From: Podarcis bocagei
Taxonomy: Eukaryota
Assembly (NCBI GenBank): GCA_964188305.1
Contig: OZ076893.1
DNA: 64,000 nucleotides
Direction: 5' to 3' (one strand)
Positions 10,608 through 25,239 of this stretch are shown in pieces. Below the pieces are notes generated by a model. It was not told where the DNA came from and ran no database searches. It saw nothing but the letters and a program-made list of their open reading frames with translations. Every line of letters starts with the position of its first letter. The stretch's first letter is position 1. Both the position numbers and the translations under genes were made by a program.

Positions 10608-12916
10608 TATTTTTTACTTTGAGGATATGTTAGCTGCTTCTTGTTGGAATGTTTCTGGAGCACATGCACAGTTTCAGTTTCTTTAATGGGGCTCCCTTTC
10701 TCAATTTTCTGGACATGTATTTCTGGCATTTGCCTGAGCAGTGTCTATAGTATTTTAGCAAGAGTCATCTGGGATTCTCATAAAATTTGCCTGAGCATTA
10801 TGTTGGCAGTGCATATTCTAAAACAGCTGAATAGCAGAATAAATATCAGTTGTTATATTTAATTAATAAATGAATTAATTAAATGAGGTAGCTTTCAAAA
10901 ATTGGCTCTTACAGTTTTTGAATTTTGTGTTTTGGGGGCAAAATAGACTCATGCTGTTCAACAGTATGTATGTACGTATGTATGTATGTATGACTTCACA
11001 TTTGTTAGCTTGGCAAAGATACACTTACTTTGGTATTGTGTTCCACATACCCCTCAACTAATTACAGCCTCTTCAGCAGCTTGGATAAGCATTGTCTGAA
11101 GAGAACTTATCAGTCAATCACTTTGATATTAAAATGTGGGGGGGGGGTGATGGCCTTTCCTTCACATTCTATCCCCTGCATCTTCTAAGAATTTGCAAAA
11201 CTCTATTCCAAAATATAATTTGTCATTGCAAATTAGTATTGCTTCGGTAGAATAGGTGACAGATGTAGGCATGCATCTGAGAAAGACACTGTTTGCCTCA
11301 TTTCTCATATTTCACAAAAATGCTAATGTTTAAATTCAAAGGAAAATGAGCTATGTTTTGCCTTCAAAGAGTTCTAAAATTGTATGGAAGCAGACAAGCC
11401 AGACGGCTTCGGCATTTTACATCTATTGGTACAGAATGGTTCCAAAGGGTCATAAAGTGAGATGTAGTTGATTTCTTCCTAGTCTAGATACCTGAACTCT
11501 TGAGTGCTTAAAAAAAAAAAGACTTTCCAGTATCATTCCCTTGTCATTATTTTGCAGTCTTAATAAACTCTGTGGACCATTTGTAAGCTTGAGTTATAAT
11601 TGCATTTTTCAGGTCCCCGTCCCCCGTCCCCCCGTGAGTTGCCTTATCCGTGTTAGCCTCATCTATGAGGTAATGGAAAGCCTGCTACTTATCACTTTGT
11701 GGGGGAGAGATGCTAGCCATTCAGTAATGTGTTCTCTTGGGACTGAGATAGCAGAGTTGTGGAACACTAGTGGGAAATTGTGCTAAATATCTATGAAAGT
11801 ATTTTTACATGGCATAAGCTCCACAGCAACAGAGGGCAAAAAATCCCAGACTTTTCCATTTGTTTTAAGTTATTTTCAGATCCATTTTGGAATCAAACAC
11901 CTCAAGAGTTTTCCCTTGGGCTCATCATGGGAAATCTTACCCAGAAGACCTAGACACCGATTCAAGAGCCTTTAAAATACTGAGTATAATAATCCTGACC
12001 TAACATGCCCTTCTTTGCCATTAGTTGGCTGTGCCTGTAACTCAACAATTTTATGGGCTTAATGGCTTGCTGCTAAGTACATCTTTTAAGGCTAACCAAA
12101 GTCAGCTGAATGAAACAGTTCTCTTAGTCGACATGTCTAATAGGCTAAAACTGGTTGTTGTTAACTCTTTCCAATACTCTCAACTTTTAAAACAGTTCTT
12201 GGTCTACAAACATCATCTGGTATAAATCAACACAGTTCCTTTAAAGTTTTTGGATCGAAGGTTATTTACACCTGATGAGAATCTGGACATTTTAGTTTGA
12301 ATTGTGCCAGGCTGAAAAGGAAAAGAGGCACCAGGAAGAGAAATCCTGAAATAATTTTTACTTTAAACTTACAAAGTTCGTATTAAAAAGTTACGATGCA
12401 TTAACCAGGGAAAAAAGAATGGTCTCAGATAAGTTAAGGAAGAGAACAGAAATGTGTGTGGTGTTTATATAATACATCCAAAGCATGCTAAAATGAAAGC
12501 TAGAAGTATTGGTTCCCAGGTGCCAAGTGAGATATCACCCAAAAATGCAATCGTTCTGCATACCATTTGTGGGCTGATTTCTTTTTCTCTGTGGCATCAC
12601 TAAAAGAGGAAGGAGTAGGATAAGGAAGGCTTCAAGGCCAGGATAAGAACAATCATTTGCTTTCCTTTTGCTCCCATTATGAAAAGCTCAATTGTTTCAT
12701 CTTACTGCTTTTATCATTTGGGAAAGGATACATTTAGCACATTGCAGCTCCAGATAAAGGAGGCATCAAAGGTACATGCAACATATAAGCAAGAGAGAGG
12801 AACGTTTTTTCCAAACGGTTCTCTATTTCCACTCATTAAGATTCAGTTTTTTAATGCTTGTTTTCACCTAGGGATTAATATGTCACTTTAAAATCTGTAC
12901 ACCTCATACATTTTGA

Positions 12917-15900
12917 ATAGGTTCAAATGATGATAGCCTGGAGATAAAATTCCCAATATTAAGAGATCTAAAGGAAAATAGCGCCCTCTTGCTAAACCCA
13001 CCCCCACGTAGACATTCGAAAGATTGCCAAATCAACTATGCTGGATTCTGCCTGGCTTTTTTACAAATAAGTCTGGACCTGATCATTGCTAATGGGGCAT
13101 TCCCCGGGGACAGAGAAGGCGAGTACACATTCATAAATACAAATGGAGCCAGCACAGTAGACTACTGTCTCACTAACAGACAGGCCTTCGAATCAATTAA
13201 AAAATTCACCATAGATAATAGGACTGAAAGTGACCACTTACCTCTTATCATCTCCACTACTGGCCAAAATTCAATTCAGCACTCTCACATAGAACATGAG
13301 GATATAGACAAAGCAAATGATCCAGCATTGCGTAGGAAAAAATGGACACCTGAGATAGCAATTGCAGTTGAGAATAGATTGAATTCACAAACTGCAATAA
13401 AGTTAAGATCAATCATAATAAACAATTCATCAATAGACTCCTCCCTGACAGCTTACGAAAATCTCATTGAGTCCTTGCAGGATGTGGTCTCGGTTAACAT
13501 AAACTTAGCCGGCAAGCCACGCACTGCTAAAGGGCGCGGTTGGTTTGACCAAGAGTGCCGCACAAAGAAGGAAGCCTTAAGGAACGCCTATTTGGCCTAT
13601 AGAAACGCTGGATTAAGCTACTTACCTCAATCTTATTTCAAAATCAAAAAAGAGTATAAAGCCCTTTTGGCCTCAAAAAAAAGACAGTCCGAACAAAATT
13701 CCTGGTCCCTACTATTGAATGCCTCACTAAACAATGAAACTAAACTCTTTTGGCAACTGGTCTCCGACTCAATGAAAAATAGTTCCTCAGCCTCCAGCTG
13801 TGTCATTCCAGCTCAGGTTTGGGAGAACCACTTCAGAAATATATTTATGGAAAATCCAAACCTCCCTTCCAGCTTACAGGAGGATGACAGGGCAGAATTG
13901 TCACTGCTCCCTAATTGGAGGCCGGTTACTGTGGAGGAAGTCAATACATTAATTGGGAATCTGAAGAGTGGAAAGGCTCCGGGGAAAGACTTTATCCCAG
14001 CAGAGTTGATTACATCAAACCAGCACTGGTGGGCTCCGCTTCTGGCAGCACTCTTTACGGTAGTAAATAATTCGGGTAAGGTACCATATAGCTGGAAACA
14101 TGCTATAGTAGTTCCAATCTTTAAGAGAGGCCACCCAAATGTACCTTCCAATTATAGGCCTATTAGCCTGCTCTCAATAATTGGGAAACTGTATGCCCAT
14201 TTCCTCAGTAGCAAACTGACAACTTTTCTAAATGAACATAATATACTATCTGAAGCCCAGGCAGCTTTTCGTGAGAACCATTCAACAACAGACCACTGTC
14301 TAATGCTGTCCTTCCTAGCTGAGAAGTATACCAGACATCTACAGGGTAAACTCTTCGTGGCCTTTATGGACCTGAAATCAGCATTTGACTCCATCCCCAG
14401 ATTCCAGCTATGGTCCAAATTGAGTCTGATTTTGCAGGACAAACGACTTCTCTTCCTTATAAAAGCCCTGTACAATGGAACCAAACTGCAGGTCCGATGC
14501 GGTCAACAGGGACAGCTATCAAACAGCATCGAGATGACTAGGGGGGTGAGACAGGGTTGTATTTTGGCCCCCACATTGTTTTGTCTATTCTTAAATGACC
14601 TAGAAGAGAACTTAATGGACCCAGATGGACACATTCCAAAAATAGGAATGAGAAGGACCCCTTTGTTGTTGTATGCTGATGACGCAGCCATCATCTCGCG
14701 TTCCAGGCCGGGCTTGAATTATCTGTTGAGGAAATTTTCTGATTACTGTTCTGGAAATGGTTTATCCATTAATTATGAAAAATCTAAAATCTTAGTCTTC
14801 GAAAGAAGATTCTCCCAGTCTAAATGGGTGCTGGATGGCCATAACCTTGAACAGGTAAAATACTTCAGTTACCTAGGGCTCACATTCCATCATACAGGAT
14901 CTTGGAAGCACCATTGGCAAACCTCCCTTCAAAAGGCGGAGATTACAAAGCTAGCCATACAGAGATTCTTCTTCACAAAGGGCGGCAAATATGTTCCAGC
15001 AGCCTTAAGGGTTTTCAATGCAAAGCCCATTTCCCAACTCCTGTATGCAGCAAATGTCTGGCATAATGGGGACCTGCCAAAGCTAGATGGCTTTCAGGCA
15101 AAATTTATACGATCTCTGCTGCAGGTACCTAACTGCGTCCCCAACTCCGTACTTCTGTTGGAAGCTGGTGAATGCCCAATTTCAGCTAGAGCGTGGTGGG
15201 CTGCCCTAAGACATTGGCTCAGGATTTCAGTGTTTAATCTAGGGAAGGGTCTGTACCAACATTTGACCAATGAGGAATTTGTCAGCAAATGGCAGAAAAC
15301 CATGGCTAAAAAAGCCACCTCTATTGGTCTGTCTCCCCCCCAACTGTATTACCTGGGCTATGAAGGCGCCCAAAAGGTTTTAAAGAAAAGATTATGGGAC
15401 AATGCACACAGTGACCTGAGATCTCGGTCACACGCAGTCTGTAGTCCACTGGCAGCAGGAGTTCAATATGGGTATGTCTTTGAGTTAACATCTTACATCA
15501 AAAACCTGACAGTACCTAACTATCGAAGGCTTTTCACCAAAGCCAGACTGAATGTCTTCCCCTCTGCAGTGCTGGATGGTAGGTTGAGAGGAGTTCCCTA
15601 CCAGGACAGACTTTGCTCGTGCGCCCAAGACATCGATTCCATAGGTCATATTTTGTTACATTGTGCGAAGTATGAGCAGGCCAGGGCTGAACTGATACTA
15701 CCCTTGCTGGTGCCTTTCCCGGGAAAGTCTGAGTCTCACTATGTCAGGTTTCTACTGGAAGACCGGACAAAAGCTAGAACGTTGGCAGTGGCAAAGTTTT
15801 TATCGGTGGTTGCAAGAACAAATGAGCCCTATATTCCAAACAAAGTGCTTGAGTAATCTGGAGGTAGGCTGTATGAACTCTGTATTGATTTGTAATGTTT

Positions 15901-15940
15901 TGTTGGTCTCTGGACCGTAATAAAGATTGTGTGTGTGTGT
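12917..15940 (+). mobile_element. 5'-truncated non-LTR retrotransposon, RTE-X-like, with intact remaining ORF (12917/12989-15856)
   Basis: Frame open from 12917. C-terminal half of an APE endonuclease (YTF..STVDY..SDH), RT motifs (KAPG, YRPISLL, QAAFR, DLKSAFD, GVRQGCILAP, LLYADD, YLG), C-terminal C-x-C..H..C knuckle. Short 3'UTR with AATAAA 15919-15924 and a (GT)n tail. Clade assignment is from recalled architecture. Confidence 0.9.
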
Positions 15941-16653
15941 ATTTTTTATATTAAGTTATATTGAATTTGGGCAGGAGATTCTGGGAGTTAACATGGTATT
16001 TCATTGAAATGCATACAAGGAAAAAGAATGTTTGAGCTTTGGGGTTGATTAAACACAAAGAAAAGAAGATCAGTCACCTGAAGTGAGTGTAGCATGAAGA
16101 ATTTTATTATTTGCATCTGTGGGATGAGAACATGAAAGTGATTAATAAATATGAGGTTCAGTGACTGGAAAGTAATGTAGAGTATTCCAAGACATTCAAG
16201 ATAGTTTGTTGGCTTTCATCCAAGGAAATATATTGCATGTCTATTTTGCTTAATAGGACTTTATAGCAAGGCAAATTGTCTCATGCATTCCGGGATTCCA
16301 TCTCTCCTTGCCTGAAGCAAGCCAATTATATTCACCTTAAAACTCAGGATATGGAACACACTGGCACTGGCTCTTACTGCCACAGGCTATATTGACTGGG
16401 CTACAAACTTAAAAGGGCACTATATCTAGGACAAATACCTCTTGAGGAGTGGTGTCATTTTTCCTTGGTGGAAGGATGCATGTCTCATACAGTAGTCTTA
16501 TTTCCTGTGTTTATTCTGGAGGTAGGGCTGTTTCACTTTTTTTTATACACAGAAATTACCATAGAAATTCCATATGCAATACAACACGAAACAAATGTGC
16601 ACAGTGTCCATTCTGAGTATAGGAACCATTATTAATATATGGCTACCATGTAT

Positions 16654-17000
16654 GGTGGCGCTGTGGGTTAAACCACAGAGCCTAGGACTTGCTGATCGGA
16701 AGGTCGGCGGTTCGAATCCCCACGACGGGGTGAGCTCCTGTTGCTTGGTCCCTGCTCCTGCCAACCTAGCAGTTCGAAAGCACGTCAAAGTGCAAGTAGA
16801 TAAATAGGTACCGCTCTGGTGGGAAGGTAAACAGCATTTTCGTGCGCTTCTCTAGTTCGCCAGAAGCAGCTTAGTCATGCTGGCCACATGACCCGGAAGC
16901 TGTACGCTGGCTCCCTCGGCCAATAAAGCGAGATGAGTGCCGCAACCCCAGAGTCGGTCACGACTGGACCTAATGGTCAGGGGTCACCTTTACCTTTACC
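16654..17000 (+). mobile_element. Sauria SINE
   Basis: Highly similar to the other three copies; ACCTTTACCTTTACC tail. Confidence 0.93.
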
Positions 17001-19056
17001 ATATGGATTGCCTATGATTTTTTGCTACTCTTAACAACTCCACTTATCTGAAATTCCACTACAGAGAATGCTGAGGTACAACTCTTGGGTCATGTGGTAC
17101 TTCAGCCAAACTTCACACATCTTGCCACCTCAAGCAACTGTTTGGATTGGTTATGCTGTATTTCTAACCCTCTATAAGCCTTCTTAAACCACATATTCTG
17201 GAGGCAAGCCCATTCCCATAGAGTGATTGGAACTAGAATGGTCTTAACTCCCTCCAATAAAACGAAGCTTTCCCATCTACCAGCATTTTCCAGGATTAAC
17301 CTGCAGTCTGGATTACAGTGCTTGATAGAGGATGCAGCATGCATTAACTCAGGAAAGAACAAGAAAACTAAAACTGACCGGAGTTACACAGGGGCTTCTT
17401 GTAATCGTTTTTTTGTGTTTTTTGTGTTTAGTCTTCAATGTTTTCATTGTTGCAGAGCCACAGTGGAGATCCCCACGAAGGGCTGGAATGTACAAGATTT
17501 TAATCAATAGTGTCGTTTAAATGCTTTGTGCTAAGATACAGTTTTAGGCACACTTCAGTACTTCAAATTCTTCTATTCCCTTTTAAGAAAGTTATTTATT
17601 CTTCTAAAAATATAAATATTATGCAGATACTGTGCATAATGATCCACATTCTCAACTACTCAGTCTTGCATTTCCCTCTTTTGTTCATTTCGCAATTAAC
17701 ATTTGGTATCTGGGAGGTGGAGACAACACATGGCAACTGCTTCCTGTTAAAATACCCAGAGCTCTTCTAAAGACTAAAAAAATCAAAAAATCAAAGGTAT
17801 ACTGAAATAGGCAGCTGCTTGCCTGGGACTGAACAGCAAGGCTTGGGTCACAAAAGAACAAGTGTGTGTTCAAATAGAAATGGCACGACATATTATACTG
17901 TTTGTTTTTCCAAGAACGCTATAGGATACTAAATCATTCACTGGAATAAATGAATATGGTTATACTGAAAAGCATTATTAGTGCAAAAGGTGAAAAGAGG
18001 TATGGAAATACATTACAAATCTGGCCATGTATCAAATGTGGTTGCAACTGTGTAGAACCTGCAAGGAGAAGAAAAAAACTTCCATTTTTGCACAGCACAG
18101 AAGCCCCAGAGTCTGCCTTGGTTGCCTTAGCAAACCTTGGAAGTAAATATTACAGCACAAGTCAGGGATGCAGAACCTGTTGTAGGGGCTGATGAAAGTT
18201 GGAGCCCAACAGCCTCTGGAGGATCACAGACTCCTCATCAGTGGCATAAGGTCACACTTGCATCCCAAGGGCTATTACAATGGCTAATGTTGTTTGCCAA
18301 ATTTTGGTTCCGTAAAAGAATCTGCCTGTTAAACTTTTATGCAGTGTAAGTGGCACACACAGAAATTCTGCCATTATTGTTTTCCCGCATGCTATAGAAC
18401 CAGTAAGAGAACATGCCTCTAGGAGCTTCTAGACTGGGGACTTTTTAGCACTACAGTGGTACCTCTGGATGCGAACGGAATCCGAATTTTAGAATTCTAC
18501 AAATGTTAGCATGCATAAAAGCAGAAGCTAAAAAAATGTGTTAATTTATGAAATGGCATGAAAGAACCCAATATAACAAAAAGGGGAAACTTTAAATTCT
18601 GTGGCCATGATCAGTCAAGGGAAGGTGGTAACTCTTGCTGTTGACACATAAGGAAAAAAGTGTTTCACTTTCACCTACTCTGAAGTACTATCTGTAGGGT
18701 GGAATGCACCAAATTATTTATTTATTTATTTACAAATTGCTTCCCATAAAACATCCCGAAGTGATGTAAATATGGTCAAGTGTTTGAATATGCCCAGTTC
18801 AATTAAGTGTGGGGGGGGGGGAGCTTCCCCTTCCATTTCATATTACAAAATGATTATTTTTATTTATTTGTACCTTGCCCATTTCCTTGATTTTGAAAGT
18901 TTCCAGTTTGAAAAATACGCGTCTGACAGCCCACCCATCTCTTAGGCACTCTAAATGAGTACTGAACCTTTAAGGAAATTTGATTTGCTAGCAACTGACT
19001 ATGTGTCTTACAAAGTTTCTATCAGTTTTACAAGGTTTCTGTTGGTTTTGTTTCAG

Positions 19057-19378
19057 AACCATGACCATTCATGTATAGCATGCAGGATCATCTATCGGTC
19101 AGATGAACACCACCCACCAATTTTACCTCCGAAGGCTGATTTGACTATTGGATTACATGGGGAATGGGCGAGCCAGCGCTGCGAAGTGCGTCCTGAAGTG
19201 CTCTTTCTCACCAGGCACTTCATCTTCCATGACAACAATAATACCTGGGAAGGTCATTACTATCATTATTCTGACCCAATCTGCAAGCACCCCACTTTCA
19301 CCATCTATGCCAAGGGTCGTTACAGCCGGGGAGTACATTCATCCAGAGTGATGGGCGGAACAGAATTCGTGTTTAAAG
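19057..19378 (+). CDS. APCDD1: APCDD1 (Wnt inhibitor) penultimate coding exon, 322 bp
   Basis: Pyrimidine-rich acceptor tttcag at 19051-19056; donor AAAG|gtaaga. Translates [81 protein letters not shown]...GGTEFVFK, near-identical to recalled vertebrate APCDD1. Confidence 0.96.
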
Positions 19379-22300
19379 GTAAGATCATTTGTTTTGAACC
19401 AAAGCTCTTTCCAAAGTACAGCAGAACTTTTATAGCATGTAGCAAAACACATGTGGAGGGATTAATATCATACCAAATTGCCCCACATGTTCTTGGATAT
19501 CCATCTCACAGTAGACCAGCTCAGTTTCTTGTATCCATGCAACATTTTATTTAAGCTTCCTGCTGCCTTCAAGTAGGACTGTATTCCTGTAATTCTCATG
19601 ATTCCTGCCTTGTGCTGCCACACTAAGTTGAATGGCCCAGACTGGCCAGGGAAGGGGAATCAGCAAGCATTATTGGGTATTTTGACAGACAGCAGCCAGA
19701 CTCTCAGATTTCTGTAATAGACCACCTCTTTCTGTGACGCTTGTATGATGCTTTTGGGTGGTCTTTGGAAGAGGGGTTGGGCAATTTCTAAAGCCTTTAA
19801 AAGCTGTTACACATCTTTCTTCTGGATCCTCACCTCCTTGCAGGGGTGGAAGCTCTGTTGCAACTGAAAATAAAGATCTTCCTTCCTTCTAAAGAAAGAA
19901 AGAAACTTGCTGCAATGCAGCAAGGTCAAATACTGTCTAATAAAGGGCAAGTACTTAAAGCTTGGAAGTAGTGCAAGACAGACTTGAACTAATTACCAAA
20001 AAATCAAGTTAAGATACCTGTTATGAAACAATGGAATTAAATTCGAAAGTGTTGTAATCACAGCCAACTGTGTTAAATAAATATAAAACGTGTATCAGTC
20101 ACCTTAAAGAGAGCAAGCAGTTCTCCTTGGCTTTTATATAGAACCCCAGGGATAGCCGAGCTACAAACAGTTCTTAAAAGAATCAAACGAAAAAGACACA
20201 TGGCAACTATAAAATGAAATGTGGTTGTGCCTAAAGAGTAAAGCTGCACGTTCTTTTTCCGAAATGGTGAGAGAACACACCAAACTCCTGCAGAGCTGAG
20301 GAACAAAAAGCCTTCACTCCTAACATCCATGACAGACTTGGAGACCTTGCCCATCACTTTTATAAAGGCATTCCTGGGTTTGTGATCAATTGGTGGGCAT
20401 TCCAGTCTTAAGCATAGACCATAAAAGCTAACCTATGAAGTCAAAGGATGAAGTCAAACATAACAAATCTAAATAGGGCTGCTTCTGTGTTGAAATGACA
20501 TGCAAGGGGGCCTGGATTTTTGTTAGGATTTGTTGAATTGTTCATATAAATTTATTAAAATATGCCACCCAAACTTGAAACTGGACCAACTTAAGTTTGT
20601 TTGGAATTCCCTTCTTTGAGGCCCTTTCAGTTCAGCTGGAACTCAAAACAAAATTGTTTAAATTACTTTTAAATTAAATCTAGTCAGTCTTTTCAGGATT
20701 AGGAGAACTTGGCTGATATAAATCAAGGTTGTTTTTTTAAAGCTCTGAAGTTTATAGATTATCCATTCCTCAAGATGTTGCACACATGAAGCTTTAAAAG
20801 TGTGAATAATATATGATGGTAATGGAGCTGACATTTTCTGAGGTTTTTGGTTTCCATTTGGAACTGGTTACTTCATTAGCTTTCTGAGCAAGTATATGTT
20901 AAAAGACATAGCTTTATATCCTGGCTACAGAACAATTTTTAAATGAAATTTGAGTGCAGTTTTATAGCGTCCTCTCTCATGAAAACCAACTTAGTTTTAT
21001 TTGTAGGCTTGCCTGGGGCAGCAGGGTTGTGAAATAGAAACTGTTTAATCTCTTGCCTTTCCTATCTAGACATCAGTCTTTTTTTCTTTTCTTTTTTGGT
21101 GGAACTTGCTTTCCCCCCTCCTTGAAGACTTAATTATGTGAACCAATGTTAGTTCATTTGCTTAGCATGCCCACTACACAGAAGCTAAAAATGTTTGTGA
21201 AGATTGAACAAGTAACTGACCCAATTTATTGTCCCCAGCTCATTATATAAATACATTTGAGTTTTACACTTTGAAAAATAGGCGTATTAAAATGTTTGAT
21301 GACATTTAGAGGCTTAAAAAGAATTCAAGAGCATCAAACTGGAAAAATTATTTATAATTAATTTCAAATAAATTTGCACCTTATTTTAAAAAGTGTATTA
21401 ATTTTTGTGCTTACTTTAATGAAGCTTTATTGAGCAACTGGATATCTGGGGGTATATGTGTATGGAAACAAATTTCTATGAATGTATGTTTAAAGCTTGG
21501 ATTGAGAGCAAAGTACTGGATCAGCACCCTGTGGCTGTTTTCCCTGTAAAATAAGTATCAGAATTAAGCGTGCTTTTTTATTTTAAAGAATGTTAAATGT
21601 AGTTTTATGTTATATTTAGATCAGAACCACTCTAAGTAATCACATGATCTAATCTAACGAGTAAATGTATAAAGTAATTGTTATTGTTCCTAAATCAAAG
21701 ATTGCAGCATGTCCTCACCTTTGATGCTATTTTGTCTAGCATGTGCATAAGGAAGTTAGGGCAATAATAGACAACCCTCCAATCCAGAGGCTGCTTACGG
21801 GTGCAGGAACTCCATTTTAGCTCAGAACTCTCTTGCTTATAAACATGTGAATGCATAAGCTTTGATTCAAGTCCTCCATTGAAATGAATGTCAAAGAGAT
21901 GTAAACACTGCTAATAAAATTAAATGCTTGCATTGGCCATGCTCATTAAAACAAGAAAAAATGAGGATATGTCTGTGCCTTGCTGAAATATTTGTTCATG
22001 ACCAAGGGTCAGTGAATCAATAAAGATTGGCAGTTTGCCGTCTTCCTAGTAGCTTTTCCACGCACATACATGTTACACAGCAGTTGCATGATTTCATATT
22101 TTAAGGAAATTTAAACCTTTTCTTAACATTGTACAATAGCTGTAAAGCAGTCATGTGATAGTCCAGTGAGAATGAGAAGTGAAGCGTGCCAAGGAGGAAT
22201 ACATATACCATACAGACCAGCAATGGTTACTATAGAAGAGAAGGTGATGCAACCTGTTTATATCATAAGCTAGAGCAGCATATTAAATCTAGGTCATGCC

Positions 22301-22742
22301 CAAGGACTAATTCCTTTGAACACTGTCAAGGCTGAGCTACAAGAAATGACACTTTTTGCAAGTCAACAGAAAGTAAACCACCACCACACTAGACAATTTT
22401 GTTACTCAGGGAGTGAGCAAAAAAGTGTTTGCTCATTGTGGGGCAGGGAGCATGGTTCTCTTGGCTGATTTCACCTATCTCAGCAGTTCAGGAAGCCCTG
22501 TTCTCACTCTCAGATCAGCTTTGTTTTCCATGATGTTACCACATTCACTACATTATCCCTGATTCAGTAGGAAGAGAGGAGAAATGAACGGCAACATACA
22601 GGCATACAAAGTGACCATAAAGATAAAATGGGTGATTTGCAAAAACAAAATGGCTACCTTGAGAGCTTGTTTTCTGGTACCGCTCAAATTATTGAGCATT
22701 GTTACCACACTGAGAATTCAGCAGTGTCATTAAATCTCTGTA

Positions 22743-22984
22743 CAGTCGTACCTCAGAAGTCAAACGCCTTGCGAGTCTAACATTTTGGCTCCCGAATGTC
22801 ACAAACCCGGAAGTGAGTGTTCAGGTTTGTGGACGTTCTTTGGAACCCGAACGTCCCGACGCGGGTTCCGATTGGCTGCAGGAGCTTCCTGCAGCCAATC
22901 AGAAGCCGCACCTTGGTTTCTGAACATTTTGAAAGTCAAACAGACTTCCGGAACGGATTCTGTTCAACTTCTGAGGTACAACTG
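22743..22984. mobile_element. pogo/Tigger-like MITE, family B
   Basis: TA|CAGTCGTACCTCAGAAGT ... ACTTCTGAGGTACAACTG|TA; core GATTGGCTGCAGGAGCTTCCTGCAGCCAATC hairpin. Confidence 0.85.
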
Positions 22985-23616
22985 TATCTGATTTACATTT
23001 TGCTCACCCTTAAAATTGACTTCATTATTTTCATTTAGTCAAAACAGAGAGCACTGCTACAAGAAATTCCTACGATAAGCCAACCATTTATTCAACTCAC
23101 TAACTTGTGGACATTGTTCTAAGAGCCACTAGCTTAAATAAATTTAAAAGGGGATTGAGACACACTCAGCAGAGGATAGATCTGTTAATAGTGATTAGTT
23201 ATGATAGCTAAATGGTTTACAGGAAGCTTACCTGTGAAAAAGCAGTTGCTGTGGGCAAACAGCGGGAATGGCTGTTGCTTGGACTTTTCTTAACATATCT
23301 GGCTGGGCACTGCTGGAACAGGATGCTGAACTAGAAGGGCCCAGGAACTAATGAGCAGGGCGCTTCTTATGACTTCACTTGCAACTCTTACTGGTTTTGG
23401 TTTCAAACCACTTTTTTCTTTCTTCCCATACACTTGAGTTACTCTTCACATTTATAAAGGCTCAGTTCAGAAGCAAATGCTGTGTCTTTCAAGGTCAACA
23501 GGTTTAGAAACTTCTACAGAAGAGAATCAAGCTCTTCCTGAAACAGAAATCTGGCTGTTGACAAAATCCTATTACCTCAAGGCACAATTAACAGTTCCTT
23601 CTTTGTTTTTTTGCAG

Positions 23617-24068
23617 TGAATCATATGAAGGTTACACCCATGGACATAGCTACTGCCTCTCTACTGAATGTCTTCAGTGGAGATGAGTGTGGGGCAGAAG
23701 GATCCTGGCAAGTTGGGGTGCAGCAAGATGTTACTCACACCAACGGCTGCATTGCTTTGGGAATTCGCCTGCCGCATACAGAGTACGAGATCTTCAAAAT
23801 GGAGCAGGATGCCAGAGGGAGATACTTGTTGTATAATGGCCAGAGACCTAGTGATGGATCCAGTCCAGACAGACCAGAAAAGAGAGCCACCTCATACCAA
23901 ATGCCCTTAATTCAATGTACCTCATCGGCACCAAGAGTAGATGAAACTTTAGAAGAAAACAAACTAGGATGGTACAGCAGTGGAGCACCAGCAAAAAATC
24001 CCTGTGCTTTTGTTTTGGTTATGATGCTGGCTGTTAGTACTGTGCCAACGTTGGGCATTTACAGCTAG
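23617..24068 (+). CDS. APCDD1: APCDD1 terminal coding exon, ending in TAG
   Basis: Acceptor ttttttgcag|TG completes the phase-1 Val codon from the previous exon. Translates (V)[19 protein letters not shown]...[27 protein letters not shown]..., then a hydrophobic C-terminal segment. Stop at 24066-24068. Confidence 0.96.
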
Positions 24069-24941
24069 AACTGCATTTTCAAATGACTCCTATCAGGGCA
24101 AGTGTAGGACTTAGGCTACATGGGGAGACAAAAAACAGACAAAAAAAGGACATTTTCTTGATGCCTGAAGAACTGTTGTTCCTTTTATCCTCCTTGAATC
24201 ATGAATAGCACCAGTTTGCTTCTGCTTTGAACTTCATCCAATCTGATCCATGGCCTGACATGACTGCACAACAGTAATTGCACTTTAAAACTGCAGTTCT
24301 TCACCCTTCACCCTGTCCTCAGTTTGTTCTTTGGAAGAAAAACTTATTGGGCTGAACTATCTTACACAACTTTTCATCTACCAACTGTGCTGTTGCAGTT
24401 GCTCCTACTCCCCAAATCAGTTTCATCTTTGAATTTGATTGTCTAGAATTATGCTTTTATCGTATTGTGTCAATACTGATAAACTGCATTGTTCTTATGT
24501 TGCAGTGTATATATGTATATATGAAAAGTCCAACTAAGGATGTATCTTAAATACACTTTTATAGAGTTTACATAAAATATTAAATGATCTTTAGGATCAA
24601 GAATGCTGAATGGAAAATCTCAAATTAAACCTGCACAGATAATTTAAATAATTGTATATATAGGTGGTGAATTTAAGAATAATCAGAGATTTAGAGTGAC
24701 ATATGGCACCAATGTTCTTTAATAAGTTGTCCAACTTATCACAGTTCAAAGCAATTTCAGGGGTCCACCAACCACTTTCCACCAACTTTGAAAAGGCACA
24801 GACAAAGGGAAGAAAGCAACAAGATCTCTCAAATATAGAAACCAAGGTGAATTACACCATATCTTCATAAGAAATTCAGGATAGTGGACCGTTTGCCAAA
24901 TGCAGTGCACTTGACATTCATTTTATTAGACTGGGCAATTC

Positions 24942-24947
24942 AATAAA
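24942..24947 (+). promoter_or_regulatory. Candidate APCDD1 polyadenylation signal AATAAA
   Basis: AATAAA about 870 bp after the stop, followed by T-rich sequence. Other weaker candidates exist in the UTR. Confidence 0.45.
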
Positions 24948-25239
24948 GTAAGCAAGGCTTAATCTTTATCTTTATATATTTATTTCTGCAAGACTTTTTT
25001 AAAAGAATTCATAATAAGTTGTGGCAAAAAATGGAGTTTAACTAGGAACAGGATGCTAGCCAAGTCTGTTTCCTTTTAATTAGTGAAGTAGACAAACTGA
25101 ATATTAAATGATTCCTTTTTTCACTGAGAATCATAGAGTTGGAATAGACCACACGGGCCATCGAGTCCAACCCCCTGCCAAGCAGGAAACAAGAATGGGA
25201 CAGGGGGACAGGTGGTCATGTAAATTCCATTGCTTTAAA

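Noticed and set aside
13813-15318. Antisense ORFs within the LINE
   Set aside because: Shadow frames of the long sense ORF with no independent motifs.
18454-18484. Isolated TA|CAGTGGTACCTC terminus
   Set aside because: About 30 bp with no partner end; probably a deleted MITE remnant, too short to call as an element.
18955-19554. 199-aa ORF as a standalone gene
   Set aside because: Only 19057-19378 is APCDD1-like and splice-bounded; the flanks are intronic read-through.
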